From: Diplonema japonicum
Taxonomy: Eukaryota > Protista > Euglenozoa: Diplonemea
DNA length: 64,000 nt
Direction: 5' to 3'
NCBI GenBank assembly: GCA_964019335.1
Contig: OZ025690.1
Location: 124,001 to 188,000, forward strand
Shown piece by piece: positions 10,811-20,692 of the stretch. Every line of letters begins with the position of its first letter. Position 1 is the first letter of the stretch. A model generated the notes under the pieces. The model was not told where the DNA came from. It made no database searches and saw only the letters and a program-made list of their open reading frames with translations. A program made the translations under genes and the position numbers.

Positions 10811-11119
10811 CGATAAAATCGGGGTCAAAAAAAACGGTCCCTCGGGGTTTGAACAGATGCAAAAAATGAAGACGAATACCGAAAAAGCCCGAAAATTGCT
10901 CAGAGTAAAAATCAGATTTTACCTGATTTTTACGGCACCTTTTTTAAGCCAAATTCGGCCTATTACCTGATTTTTATTCTTTTCACTTTATTTTTACTCG
11001 TGAACGGTAAAGTGATTTCTGATTTTTGTATGGCTCTTTAGGAATTTCCTCATGCAACTTTACAAAAATTAAATAAAAAGGAAAAAAAAAAAAAAAAAAA
11101 AAAAAAATACTATTTTTTT

Positions 11120-12340
11120 TTAATAAACTGTATGCACACCAATCTCATGGGGGGAGACACAAACCCTTGCGGGTTTTCTGCGAAAGTCGGTGGTTTGAGC
11201 AGCAGAGGAAGGCCGGGCCCGTTTCCGATTCGACACGCTTTTCGAGACGAGGAAAGCAAGTTTGTCAGCGACCGACTGCGGGAGAGAAGGACGGGGGATC
11301 GACACCCCATTGGCCACGAGATACCTGGCGGCTATATCCTGAAGCGACGTATTTGTGTCGACGAAATGAGGTATCTTGTACAGAGTAGAGGAGTAAACAA
11401 CCCTTGACTCCCGTGGCCTCGGCGTCCGCTTCGGCTTTTCCCCGCCAAAAATATATGAGCAGCCACCCCAAGTTATAGCACCATGCCCGCTTCGTGGTGA
11501 AGGTGCGTCGCCTTGAAATGTGACTTCCTCCCATGTTTTGGTTTCCAGGTCGAACCTCCAAAGGTCGTTGAAATACTCGGTGCAATCTGATGCATCGCCG
11601 CCGAATATGTAGAGGTGCTTACCGGTGGTCCATGACACTTGAGAATATCTTCCTTTGGGACGTGTTGCGGGATCGCTGTATAGTTCCTCCCACTTTTCTG
11701 TTTCGAAGTCAAAACACCAAAGGTCGTTGTTCCACTCGAGGCTGAAGCCGTTGTTGCGTGTCATACCTCCGAAGAGGTACGCCTTCTGCCCCAGTGTCGC
11801 TACCGTGTGGCCGCTTCTTGGAGACGGCGATGTGATGGATTTTGGTTCAACAGTTTCCCAAACACGGGATTCCAGATCGAGCGCGCAAACGTCGGATCTA
11901 CACGCGCCTCTGAAATTCGCGCCGTAGAAAATGTACATTTTTGATTTGTAAATGGCTGCAGCGTGGCCTTTTCGGCTCAGTGGTTGGTTCACTGTTGTGA
12001 CCTGTGTCCAGGTGTGGGTTCCCTTGAGGGTTAGTTCGTGTACTGCGTTCACGCACCCGCTTCCGGTGAGGCCGCCGAACGTCACCATCTTGTCGTTCCA
12101 CACTACGGCTGTTTGTGACAGGGTTTTCGGGACGATCTCGGCTCGATGGACCTCGAGCTTTTCCCAGACCCCTTTTTCAAGGTCCATGGCGTGGACATCT
12201 TCGTAGTACCTTTCTATGACCCCGCCCCCGTACACGAAGAGCTTGCCCTCGTGCACCACCATCGACATGCAGCAGCCCTTCCGTGGGTGCTCCGACCCGT
12301 CCGCTACGTCCACGCGCGTCCAAAACCCGTCTGAAACCAT
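11120..12340 (-). CDS. Kelch-repeat beta-propeller protein
   Basis: 406 aa with repeated R.GH...YxFGG...NDLW motifs; C-terminal SLQDIAARYL resembles a BC/SOCS box. Confidence 0.88.
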   Translation of the reverse strand: MVSDGFWTRVDVADGSEHPRKGCCMSMVVHEGKLFVYGGGVIERYYEDVHAMDLEKGVWEKLEVHRAEIVPKTLSQTAVVWNDKMVTFGGLTGSGCVNAVHELTLKGTHTWTQVTTVNQPLSRKGHAAAIYKSKMYIFYGANFRGACRSDVCALDLESRVWETVEPKSITSPSPRSGHTVATLGQKAYLFGGMTRNNGFSLEWNNDLWCFDFETEKWEELYSDPATRPKGRYSQVSWTTGKHLYIFGGDASDCTEYFNDLWRFDLETKTWEEVTFQGDAPSPRSGHGAITWGGCSYIFGGEKPKRTPRPRESRVVYSSTLYKIPHFVDTNTSLQDIAARYLVANGVSIPRPSLPQSVADKLAFLVSKSVSNRKRARPSSAAQTTDFRRKPARVCVSPHEIGVHTVY

Positions 12341-12614
12341 TTTTTTTTTTTTTTTTTTTTTTTTTCCTTGGGTTCTTTTTTTTTTAGAAAAGAGGCACGT
12401 TCACAGCAGGTGCACCTATAATGTGTCCCGTCGACAACCACCTCTTCAGAGTGGCGTTGTGACCATAGCTTGGAGCATCCCAGGCAGTCGCGTATTTTAT
12501 TGCGCGTGCCACGGCTGGTAGAAAAAAAAAAAAAAGAACTGCTTGCAGTGAACCGCGTTTTTCTTTTTTCCCCTTATTCTGGAGGGAAACCGAAATTCAA
12601 GAAAAGATACTAAA

Positions 12615-12650
<36 letters not shown>

Positions 12651-12861
12651 AACAAAGGAAACATATAAATTTTGTTAAGATCTAACATCTAAAGCATTAT
12701 TTTGTAGACAACAACAACACATGTTCGGGGTGGGTGGGGTGGGGGGATGGGAAAGGAGAGGTTGTGAGCGTGGTGGAGGGGGGTTAATACAGTTCGATAA
12801 AGGGGGGGGGGGGGGGGGGGGACGTTCAAAAAAAATCTAAAAGACAAAGGAAACAGCATAT

Positions 12862-14742
12862 CTAATAATACTTCTTCGACCTCTCGTGTATCTCCTGCTG
12901 GTGAGCGAGGATGGTGTAGTCCCGCTGCTCCAGCTGGTGTCGACGTGCACGGAGCTCCAGCTCCTCCTCGACGAGGGGGCGCTCCTGGTCTTCTACAAGC
13001 TTTCTTCGTTGGGTGTACGTGGCGTTCTCCGACTCTAAGGAGGCCAGAGACTGCGTTTGGATCATCAACTGGTTTCCAAATGCGTTAATAGCCTTCTCTA
13101 CTTCTGCCATGTTGCCAACACTTTCATTGTACAGCTGCATCTCTACTTCGTACTGCTGCTCCGCTTGGGCTCTGACTTCAGCCAGCCTCGTTAGCCCTGC
13201 CATCGCCTCTTGTTCAGCAGCGGTAAGTTCTGCCGTTACCATTTCGAGTCTTGTGAAGCTTTCAGCCTCGCGGGAGACATCCCTCGCAGCTTCTTGCATC
13301 AATCGCTCTGTCTCGATGGACTCGGTTTGCCACCTCCCTGCTTCTGTGTTCGTTATGTGTGTCTGGGTTTTCCCTTCGTTCATTTCGCTCTGTATGGCAG
13401 CGAACCTTTCCTCGCTGATGGTCTGCTGGTTGAGTGCGTAGGCAACGTTTTCTTTCTGCATGTCGTGGCGCTTCGCGGTCTCGTCACACTCGTCCACCTC
13501 CTTGTTCACCACCACCACCACCTCGTTGTGGCTGTCGACGCACCGCCGCATTTGCAGCTCGCATTCGGCTTGTGTTTCAGTCATCTCATGCATGTTTTGT
13601 CTGTGTGCTTCCAGTGCTGCCACCGCTGCAGCATGCCCCGCCACCGCTTCATCCACTAACTGTTCACTCCTCGTGAGCTTCGCCGTCCTCTCTGCCGTCA
13701 CCCTCGCCGCGTTCATCACGTTCTGCGCTGCTGCCTGCTCCGACGTCATGCTCACGCTCAGCTGTATTTTCGCCTCGTTCAGTCGCGTGTCGAAGTTCGC
13801 AGACTCCTCGTTGTCGCGGACCCTGAAGTACATGCTCTCTAGCAGCGCAGGGTACCTCTCTGCCATTTTCCCCCACTCGCCCCTCGACAGCATCGTGTTC
13901 CCGTTGCTGTCCGCCCTCCTGAACAGGTCCCGCAGCGTAACGGTCGACAACGGGAGCCCAAGCTGGGTGCAGACGGCCTCCCAGTCGTCAAGCGTCAGGG
14001 TCCCCGAATAGTGGTTGATGAGGTGCTCGTAGACATATATTGTCTTCTCGTCGTGAGTAACATCGGTGTGATGGAGTGCCATGCGGCTGTGAATGTGTGT
14101 AGGGATGATGGGGCGCACTGGAACAGGGTTAGGACCAGGAAGCGGCACCGAAGGGAGCGGTGCGGCAGCAGGAGACGAAGGGAAGGACGTAGGGAGAGGA
14201 ACTGCGGGGATGGCGACAGGGATCGGCACAGGTGCTGGGTCGGCAGGGCTGATGAGTGTTGGCGACGACGCAATCGGACGCGGCACGGGTGAGGGCTCCA
14301 TCCTTGTATAGGTTTGGGCAGAGAGCCCGGGAGAAGACGGCGTTATTGACGGCAGCGAAGAGCCGTGCACCAAGACGGGTTCCACCTTTGAGAACATTGG
14401 GAGGATGGGCTCTACTCGGGGGGGTAGGTCGGGCTTCTTGTACACAGGTGGGTGCACAGGTGGGGGAATCTGCTGCTGCACATCAGTCACCCATGACTCC
14501 GCTTCGAACACGTACAGCTGACACCCTTCACATGTGTCCTCGATGCTCGTCACGTTCTGCCACGTGGCATCCCTCTCGTTGTACATCTCCATGTGTGTAG
14601 TTACAAACGGCGACCCCCTCACCATCGAGAACACGCTTTCACACCTCGCCACCAGCTCCGGGAAGCTAGGAGGGTACGGAAACTCCATGACATAGTTTTT
14701 CTTCTCGCCCGCGACGTCTCCTGCTGCATGCAGCTCGTACAT
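12862..14742 (-). CDS. BILBO1-like cytoskeletal protein (N-terminal domain, Pro-rich linker, EF-hands, coiled coil)
   Basis: N-terminus MYELHAAGDVAGEKKNYVMEFPYPPSFPELVARCESVF...EGCQLYVF matches the trypanosome BILBO1 NTD pattern. EF-hand ADSNGNTMLSRGEW; long heptad coiled coil. Confidence 0.75.
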   Translation of the reverse strand: MYELHAAGDVAGEKKNYVMEFPYPPSFPELVARCESVFSMVRGSPFVTTHMEMYNERDATWQNVTSIEDTCEGCQLYVFEAESWVTDVQQQIPPPVHPPVYKKPDLPPRVEPILPMFSKVEPVLVHGSSLPSITPSSPGLSAQTYTRMEPSPVPRPIASSPTLISPADPAPVPIPVAIPAVPLPTSFPSSPAAAPLPSVPLPGPNPVPVRPIIPTHIHSRMALHHTDVTHDEKTIYVYEHLINHYSGTLTLDDWEAVCTQLGLPLSTVTLRDLFRRADSNGNTMLSRGEWGKMAERYPALLESMYFRVRDNEESANFDTRLNEAKIQLSVSMTSEQAAAQNVMNAARVTAERTAKLTRSEQLVDEAVAGHAAAVAALEAHRQNMHEMTETQAECELQMRRCVDSHNEVVVVVNKEVDECDETAKRHDMQKENVAYALNQQTISEERFAAIQSEMNEGKTQTHITNTEAGRWQTESIETERLMQEAARDVSREAESFTRLEMVTAELTAAEQEAMAGLTRLAEVRAQAEQQYEVEMQLYNESVGNMAEVEKAINAFGNQLMIQTQSLASLESENATYTQRRKLVEDQERPLVEEELELRARRHQLEQRDYTILAHQQEIHERSKKYY

Positions 14743-14890
14743 GCTTCTTCTTTTTTCTTTCTTCTCCCCCTCCCCCTCACCTCCTTTTTTTTTTTTGTTT
14801 GTTTATTTCCTGTTATTCTTGTTCGATGCTGCGAGAAAAAAAAACATAACAGAGTAAAAAAAATAAAAATAAAGATAAAAAAAAATCAAA

Positions 14891-17800
14891 TCATTCGGCT
14901 AGCAGACTGTCAGAGTTTGTGAATATGGTAAGAACTGAGGTGTTTAGTGTGCATGGGGAAGGGCTTTTGGTTGCGTGTTGCGTTGCCCGGAAAACGTCAA
15001 GGATGTCGGTGGACGATGGCGCGGTGTGCTCGGCGGGGGGGTACGCTGGTTGGAACTTGCAAGAAAAACAGTAAACAGTGCAACAGTCGACACACTGCCA
15101 ACCCTCCACAACGAACTTCTGCTTGCACTTTGCACAGGCCGCCGACAAAAAGTTCTCAGAAGGCACCATGTCATGCCCTTTACTGCACGTCGTGTCGCGT
15201 TCCTGACGCTCCTCAGGGACAGGTGACATGGCGAGATCGACGGTCTGATGCCCATCAACGGGGCATGTCACACATTCCTCACAGAAATACATATTGATAC
15301 ATAAAACGCACCGAAAAGTTCGCTCTAAGGGGTACTTCTCGCATTTCGAGCACGCGGCATGCCCCTCCCACATAACAGGATCAATGTACTTTTCCTTCTC
15401 ACCCATAAGAGTAGAGCATGTTGGGCATCTGATTGGTCCTGACGTGGAAGGCGTCAGCCACCTGCCGCATGTTCCGCATGACGATGTGGGCTTCTTGAAC
15501 AGGTTCAGTTTTAAGGACAGCACCTCATCGGTATACTCCAAGCCGCAGGCAAGCCTTTCATCTGCATTGATGAGATGGTTGCACGTTTCGCTGCCGCATT
15601 TTGTCAGCTCGACCTGTTCCTTGTTGCTGTCTCGCACGCACGCCTTGTGGCACATATGTGAGCATTGCAACTCTAAATCCGCGCCTGTCTTTTTGCAGTA
15701 TACACATAGCGACTCACAATGTGTATGGATTTTGTCGCTCAGCCCTACTATGCACATTGCGGTATCGATGCTCTGGCTTGTGCCACGGAGGGTTAGCTCG
15801 TTCTCGTTTAATGATGCTTTTTCCAGCCCTGCTGACGTTGCTACGATGTCGAGCATTGTGTGGTTGCACGCAGTGAGCTTGTTTGCAGTCGCGCTGTCAA
15901 GGGTCAAAGATTTGTCAAGGACAGGATGCGAACAGCATTCCAATGTGTTTATTCGCGCTGCTGCAATACGAACAGACTCGCCAGCCCCAGACAGTTGTAT
16001 GCTACTGGCGTCCGTGTTTCTCGCAAGGGTCGCCGTCTGTTCTTGGATCATGGCGAGCTTCATTTTCAGCCCCGCATCCTTGTCGGCTGCGATTTTTTCC
16101 GCAACCAGTTCGCCGCGCAGCTCTTTCGACACAACGGCAAGCTCATGCGCCGCGATACCCACGGCGCCTCTCCACTCTTCCGCTACTTTTAGCATGCTGC
16201 TTGATAGAATGTCCTTGATCTCCTCGCTGTTGATGACGGCGAGTACTTCTTCCACCCCTTTGCTTGCCTCGTTGATTGTGTTCTTTGTGTCAGCAAAATA
16301 CGCTGAGAGCCTCGCTACCGGATCATACTCCTTCGTACTTCGCACCACTGTCTTGGCAAGCGTCACGAGCGTCTTCAAAAGCGCGTCATCGACCAGAGCT
16401 TCCCATTTCATAGCTGTCACTCTTGAGAGTGCCACCAGCACAGGGTCTGTGCTGCTTACGAACCTCCATAGCGCGGTTCTCGGTGTGAGTATTTCGACTT
16501 GCTTGCCTTTGGGGTCTTTGGCGTCGTTGCTGACTACAAGTTTCACGAACTTGGGCTTCCCAGGCGATGGCCACCCGTACAGCGCAGAAGCGAACCACTC
16601 TTTGACAACAGTGAGGAAGACGCTGTCGCTGTTCGACAGTATGCACTCCATGGAGTGGATGTACCCAGCGTTCTTGCCACGTTGGTCCACAGTGTTGCCT
16701 TTCGCGTCGCACAAGATGTGAACTGAAGCGGGGTGCACAGTGTGTGCCCCGTGCTTGTTTTCAATAACACATGACATGTTCGACTCAACAGACTTAACAA
16801 AGCCTACAGGGGGTGTTAAGGAGGTCACCTTGCCATATGTTAACGCAGAAGACATCACCTTATCACCGACGGCAGGCTCGGGGTAGGCAATAAGCCGCCC
16901 AGAAGCTCCTAGAAGACTCGACCCTGTCGGCAATTCATATTCTATCTCTGACACTTCGTTCACCTTGCTGAGTAGCGTGCAGTTGAAGACATCCATCGCA
17001 GACCACAGACCAAGCTCCGTGCCTCTGATCTCGACGGTGTTCAGACCCGCATCCGATGTGCCCCAGCGGTCGTGCATGCGCATGGGCCGTTCTGGGTTCC
17101 AGACAGGTGCGCTCGATAACGGTATCTCGGTGCTGACTCTTGTTGACGTGTTGGTGTTGATGGACTTCCTGAGGTACTCATCCCACGCACGCTCTTCTGC
17201 ATTGCACTCCAAACGCAAGCACAGGCCATCGATGAACAATTTGAGCCTGTTGACGTACGGGGAGATCCCAGATGCGAGCAAGCCAGCAGACGAAAGTTGT
17301 AATGATAAATTGCAGTGCTGCTTGATTTGCGGGAGGAGCGTGGCGAGGCACCAAGCGTGCTTCGGGGGGACGAACAGCAGCCGGCGTTGTTGAGTAAGCC
17401 GTTGTTTAAGAAGCGCAGCGGCTTGCTCACATTGGCTACGCGTCCCTGTGAATCCAAGCCACATGCTGCTGGATGCCTGGCTTAACGACGGCAGCTTGCG
17501 GAGGAGAGATATGTTCCCGAACCACGTGGTGGACTTGAAGGACACCACGCACGCCGCCCCGCAGAGCGTGGTCACCTCGCCAACCTCCTTGCCCCCGTTG
17601 TGCGCGCGGAACATCACCAAATCTTTTACCTTTAAAAGGTCGACCCCCTCGCCCTTGGTGGAGCACTCATTGAACAGAGAAAACTTTTTGAAAACAGGGC
17701 TGTACTCCGTCAGCGTCCAGGATTTTCGTGGCGTTTCCTCTTCCTGGTACACGGCCCACTGAAGAGTGCTCGAAAGATGAGACTCTTGAGCAAGTGTGGC

Positions 17801-18616
17801 ACCGGTTTCCGCAGAAATATCATCAAGGATCCACCGGGGTGTGTTTGGGAAGAGTTTTGTTGTGCACAATGAAGATGGGGTTAACATTGTGGATGCTAGA
17901 CCGCAGACGACCAAGGACGACCCATGCGGTGCAACGAGGGTGTCTGGATACCTGAGAAGCACTGCTGTAAGAGCGGCACGGAGCTGAGCAGGATCAGATG
18001 TTTCGAATGGATTGGGCAAGGTGTTTATCTTCCCCACGGCAGTCCGCAGCGCGGCTCTTAAGACACCCACAGGAACCTTTTTAGAAGTCGGTTGGAACCC
18101 CACTGTTCTCCGCAGACCGCTGTAAGCACCGTCGCTTTGTATCGATACCACGCAGGATGGAACAGCTACGAATCCGTTTGCTCCTTTAACTATTGAAATA
18201 CTGCTTGCAGATATCATTGATTTTGTAGTTGGGGGGTGGTAAGGGAACCCATATGTAGCGTTAGAGCCGGAAATGGTTCCTGTCAGTCCTGGGAGGTGGT
18301 CTTGGATATCGTTCTCCGATAGCAAGACGGGGTCAATCGTTACGTTGATTTCGCTACACGTGCTGTGCGGTGTAAGCTTGCGCCGTTTTGCTGTGGGGGT
18401 GCTTTCCTTGGTTGGTCGTTCTTCCAGCATCACCACCTTACCACAACCGGCAGCTTCACACTGCGCCGTCACCCACTCCGTCACCCACCCACAGGTCACA
18501 ACAGCCTCGGGTACTTCAATCATCACCCGGTTCACTTCTTCTTCCTTTTCATTCGCCTTCCCTGCCGTGAAATCCAACTCATACCCCGACTCTTTTCTCC
18601 AGAATTTGTAGTCCAT
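14891..18616 (-). CDS. Large hypothetical protein with C-terminal RING-like, ZZ-like and other Cys/His zinc fingers (possible E3 ligase)
   Basis: 1241 aa ORF. CVYC...CSHMCHKAC...C...C (RING-like), CSKC...RCVLC..YFCEEC (ZZ-like), KH-like segments (GTRSQCEQA, LRGTSQSID). Confidence 0.7.
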   Translation of the reverse strand: MDYKFWRKESGYELDFTAGKANEKEEEVNRVMIEVPEAVVTCGWVTEWVTAQCEAAGCGKVVMLEERPTKESTPTAKRRKLTPHSTCSEINVTIDPVLLSENDIQDHLPGLTGTISGSNATYGFPYHPPTTKSMISASSISIVKGANGFVAVPSCVVSIQSDGAYSGLRRTVGFQPTSKKVPVGVLRAALRTAVGKINTLPNPFETSDPAQLRAALTAVLLRYPDTLVAPHGSSLVVCGLASTMLTPSSLCTTKLFPNTPRWILDDISAETGATLAQESHLSSTLQWAVYQEEETPRKSWTLTEYSPVFKKFSLFNECSTKGEGVDLLKVKDLVMFRAHNGGKEVGEVTTLCGAACVVSFKSTTWFGNISLLRKLPSLSQASSSMWLGFTGTRSQCEQAAALLKQRLTQQRRLLFVPPKHAWCLATLLPQIKQHCNLSLQLSSAGLLASGISPYVNRLKLFIDGLCLRLECNAEERAWDEYLRKSINTNTSTRVSTEIPLSSAPVWNPERPMRMHDRWGTSDAGLNTVEIRGTELGLWSAMDVFNCTLLSKVNEVSEIEYELPTGSSLLGASGRLIAYPEPAVGDKVMSSALTYGKVTSLTPPVGFVKSVESNMSCVIENKHGAHTVHPASVHILCDAKGNTVDQRGKNAGYIHSMECILSNSDSVFLTVVKEWFASALYGWPSPGKPKFVKLVVSNDAKDPKGKQVEILTPRTALWRFVSSTDPVLVALSRVTAMKWEALVDDALLKTLVTLAKTVVRSTKEYDPVARLSAYFADTKNTINEASKGVEEVLAVINSEEIKDILSSSMLKVAEEWRGAVGIAAHELAVVSKELRGELVAEKIAADKDAGLKMKLAMIQEQTATLARNTDASSIQLSGAGESVRIAAARINTLECCSHPVLDKSLTLDSATANKLTACNHTMLDIVATSAGLEKASLNENELTLRGTSQSIDTAMCIVGLSDKIHTHCESLCVYCKKTGADLELQCSHMCHKACVRDSNKEQVELTKCGSETCNHLINADERLACGLEYTDEVLSLKLNLFKKPTSSCGTCGRWLTPSTSGPIRCPTCSTLMGEKEKYIDPVMWEGHAACSKCEKYPLERTFRCVLCINMYFCEECVTCPVDGHQTVDLAMSPVPEERQERDTTCSKGHDMVPSENFLSAACAKCKQKFVVEGWQCVDCCTVYCFSCKFQPAYPPAEHTAPSSTDILDVFRATQHATKSPSPCTLNTSVLTIFTNSDSLLAE

Positions 18617-18962
18617 TTTTTCTTTTTTTTTTTTTTCTTGCCCTCTTCTTCTTTTTTCCCCTTCTTTTTCTGTTGTTGTTTAGAATTGAATGAAAACCTT
18701 TTTTATAAAAAAAAAAAAGAAATGGTATATAAGAAAGGGGTGGTGGGGGGGCGTGGGGTGTTGTGTGAGAGAAAAAAAAAACTTCCCTTTCCCCCCCACC
18801 CCCGCCACCCTTCCCCTTTTTCTTTTCCTTTTTTTTTTCCTTCTTCTTTCTTCCCACGGTTTTCTTCCGTCTCTGTGTCTGTTCTCAAATATAATATAAA
18901 AACAAAAAAACCAGGGGATGGGGTGGTCATAGAGAACAATTTTTTTCTCTCTCTTTTTTTTT

Positions 18963-20063
18963 TTACCTCCTAGGCGAAGGCGAAGACTGAGAAGCAGCGA
19001 TGACAGCTGCTCGAGGGTAGAGTTTCTCAGCCTCTATCGTCGAAGAAGGGTCGAGGACCTAATGGTTATTTTTATTTAAATTATTCACCCCATTCCCCCC
19101 CCCCCCCCCCCCACTCCCTCACACCTTGATAGGGTAAGAATTCGAAATAACGAAATCCTTTTTTCCATCGAACGAGTCATGCATGATCACCACGTGACGG
19201 ATGGTCTCAACAGAGTCTGACCGTAAGAAGCGCCGCTTGACCTGAGAGCCATCTAGCATCCTGATGCTTAAGGTGGCGATGTTCTCGCCTCCTTCTGGAG
19301 GCTCTTCTCCTAGGATGTCAGCGCTGCGCTGTTTTTCCTCATACAGTTTTGCAACACGGTCCTCCTCCATCTGCCGCTCGAGGAACGCTTCCTGTTCCGC
19401 CTCAAGCCGGGCTTGTTCCGCAGCATCCCGTTCCTCTTGAAGCCGTTCCGCCTCGGCTTTTTCTCGTTCGGAATTTTCCCGGTCGATTCGTTCCGCTTCG
19501 CGTAGTGCGGCTTCCTGTTCCTCTTGGATGCGTCGGCGTGTGTCCTTCTCGAGACGGTCTGCTCTTTGGGAGATCAACAGCGAGCCTGCTGTTGACATGC
19601 AGTTTTGAAGTTGTGCTGCGAGTTTTTGAGGGGACACAGAACCGCCCTCCAACGCGGTTAGCTTTACGGCAGAAGTGTGGGAATAGATTATCCCTAGGAA
19701 TGGGAAGTTGTTTGCCTGAACCGACCAGCTTGCAAAGTAGCCTTCTTTGGTGTGAACGGACGCCGCCCATATGAGGTACTCGTCTTCAGCTACGGTGCAG
19801 AATTCTTCGCTGGCGATGGAAGTGGCGAAGAGTTCGTTGCCGTCGTGGTCCGCGCTCATGAGCAGGACGAGCAGGAATTTGTGTTCCTCCTTCGCCTTCG
19901 CAAGGCCTTCCCTGAAGCTTGCTACGAATGTCAGCCTATCCGCGTATTCTTGTTTTGCCCCGTTTTGTATTAATAGTTCCTTCGAGCCCCCCTGTACTTT
20001 CTTCCCCGTCACCAGCTCGCTCAAACCAATTATCGAAAAAACGCTTTCTGCTATTTTCAGCAT
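18963..20063 (-). CDS. UAS-coiled coil-UBX protein (FAF1/FAF2-like p97 adaptor), 2 exons
   Basis: Exons 20063-19125 and 19058-18963. Splicing completes the UBX domain: SYPIK|VLDPSSTIEAEKLYPRAAVIAASQSSPSPRR*. UAS motif KFLLVLL...YLIWA...FPFL. Confidence 0.85.
19059..19124 (-). other. GT-AG intron, 66 nt, phase 0 (UBX gene)
   Basis: GTGTGA...AATAACCATTAG; removal restores the UBX C-terminus. Confidence 0.85.
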
Positions 20064-20692
20064 TTTTTTTTTTTTTTTTTTTTTACCCGCAAACCCAAAA
20101 AAAAAAAAAAAAAAAAAAAAAAAACAATGTAAATAAGTGTTCCTTTGGTGGTGATATAAAGGGTAAAAGGAGGTGGAATAGAAAAAGAAAGCGTTTGGGA
20201 AAAAAAAAAAAAAAAGGAATAGAAGAAATACTTAAATAAATAGAGGGTGTTTCTTCTTTATTTTTTTTTCTTCTTCTTTTTCCTTTTTCCTCCCCCTGCC
20301 CCCTTCTTACTTTTTCGTTTTGGTTAAAAATTTCTCTGTTAATTTTCTGATGAGGGAAGAGGCGGTGCAATTCACTGCTTGATAGCATGCTCATATTGTT
20401 GGGGTTTTTTTCCTCCCCTTTTTTTCTTCTTCTGATTTTACATTATTTTTTATTTCTTCTTTCCCCCTATCCTTTTTGTTTAACTGGGGTAACGTTTTTT
20501 CTTTTTTTTTTTCTTTTTGTTGCAATCGTTTTGTATTAAATTAAATCATCATTAGAAAAAGTAAGTATTCTCATCACCGTTCTCGCTTTTTTATTGTTCA
20601 AACTTGGTCCCTTTTTCTTTTTTTTATACGAGAAGTGCATACCAAAAGGACTTCTCAGAGAAAAAAAAATAAAGGCTAAACTATAACTTATC

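Larger units (their letters stand above)
10079..11079 (-). mobile_element. Degenerate Crypton-like (tyrosine recombinase) DNA transposon
   Basis: 12-bp terminal direct repeat ATTAAATAAAAA (10079-10090, 11068-11079). Left ~150-nt palindrome centred on GCGAAGC. 36-bp inverted repeat 10232-10267 vs 11043-11078 (34/36). Internal tyrosine recombinase remnant. Confidence 0.72.

Noticed and set aside
11109-11137. Possible 29-nt GT-AG intron at the Kelch C-terminus
   Set aside because: Splicing would lead into a poly-T run and restores no motif; unsupported.
19119-19124. Premature stops in the UBX (TGA) and ABCA (TAA) genes suggesting readthrough or a variant genetic code
   Set aside because: The stops lie inside GT-AG introns whose removal restores conserved motifs; the standard code is sufficient.
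20348-20400. CTGATGAG as a hammerhead ribozyme or C/D snoRNA core
   Set aside because: No stem II-GAAA arrangement and no properly placed D box with terminal stem.
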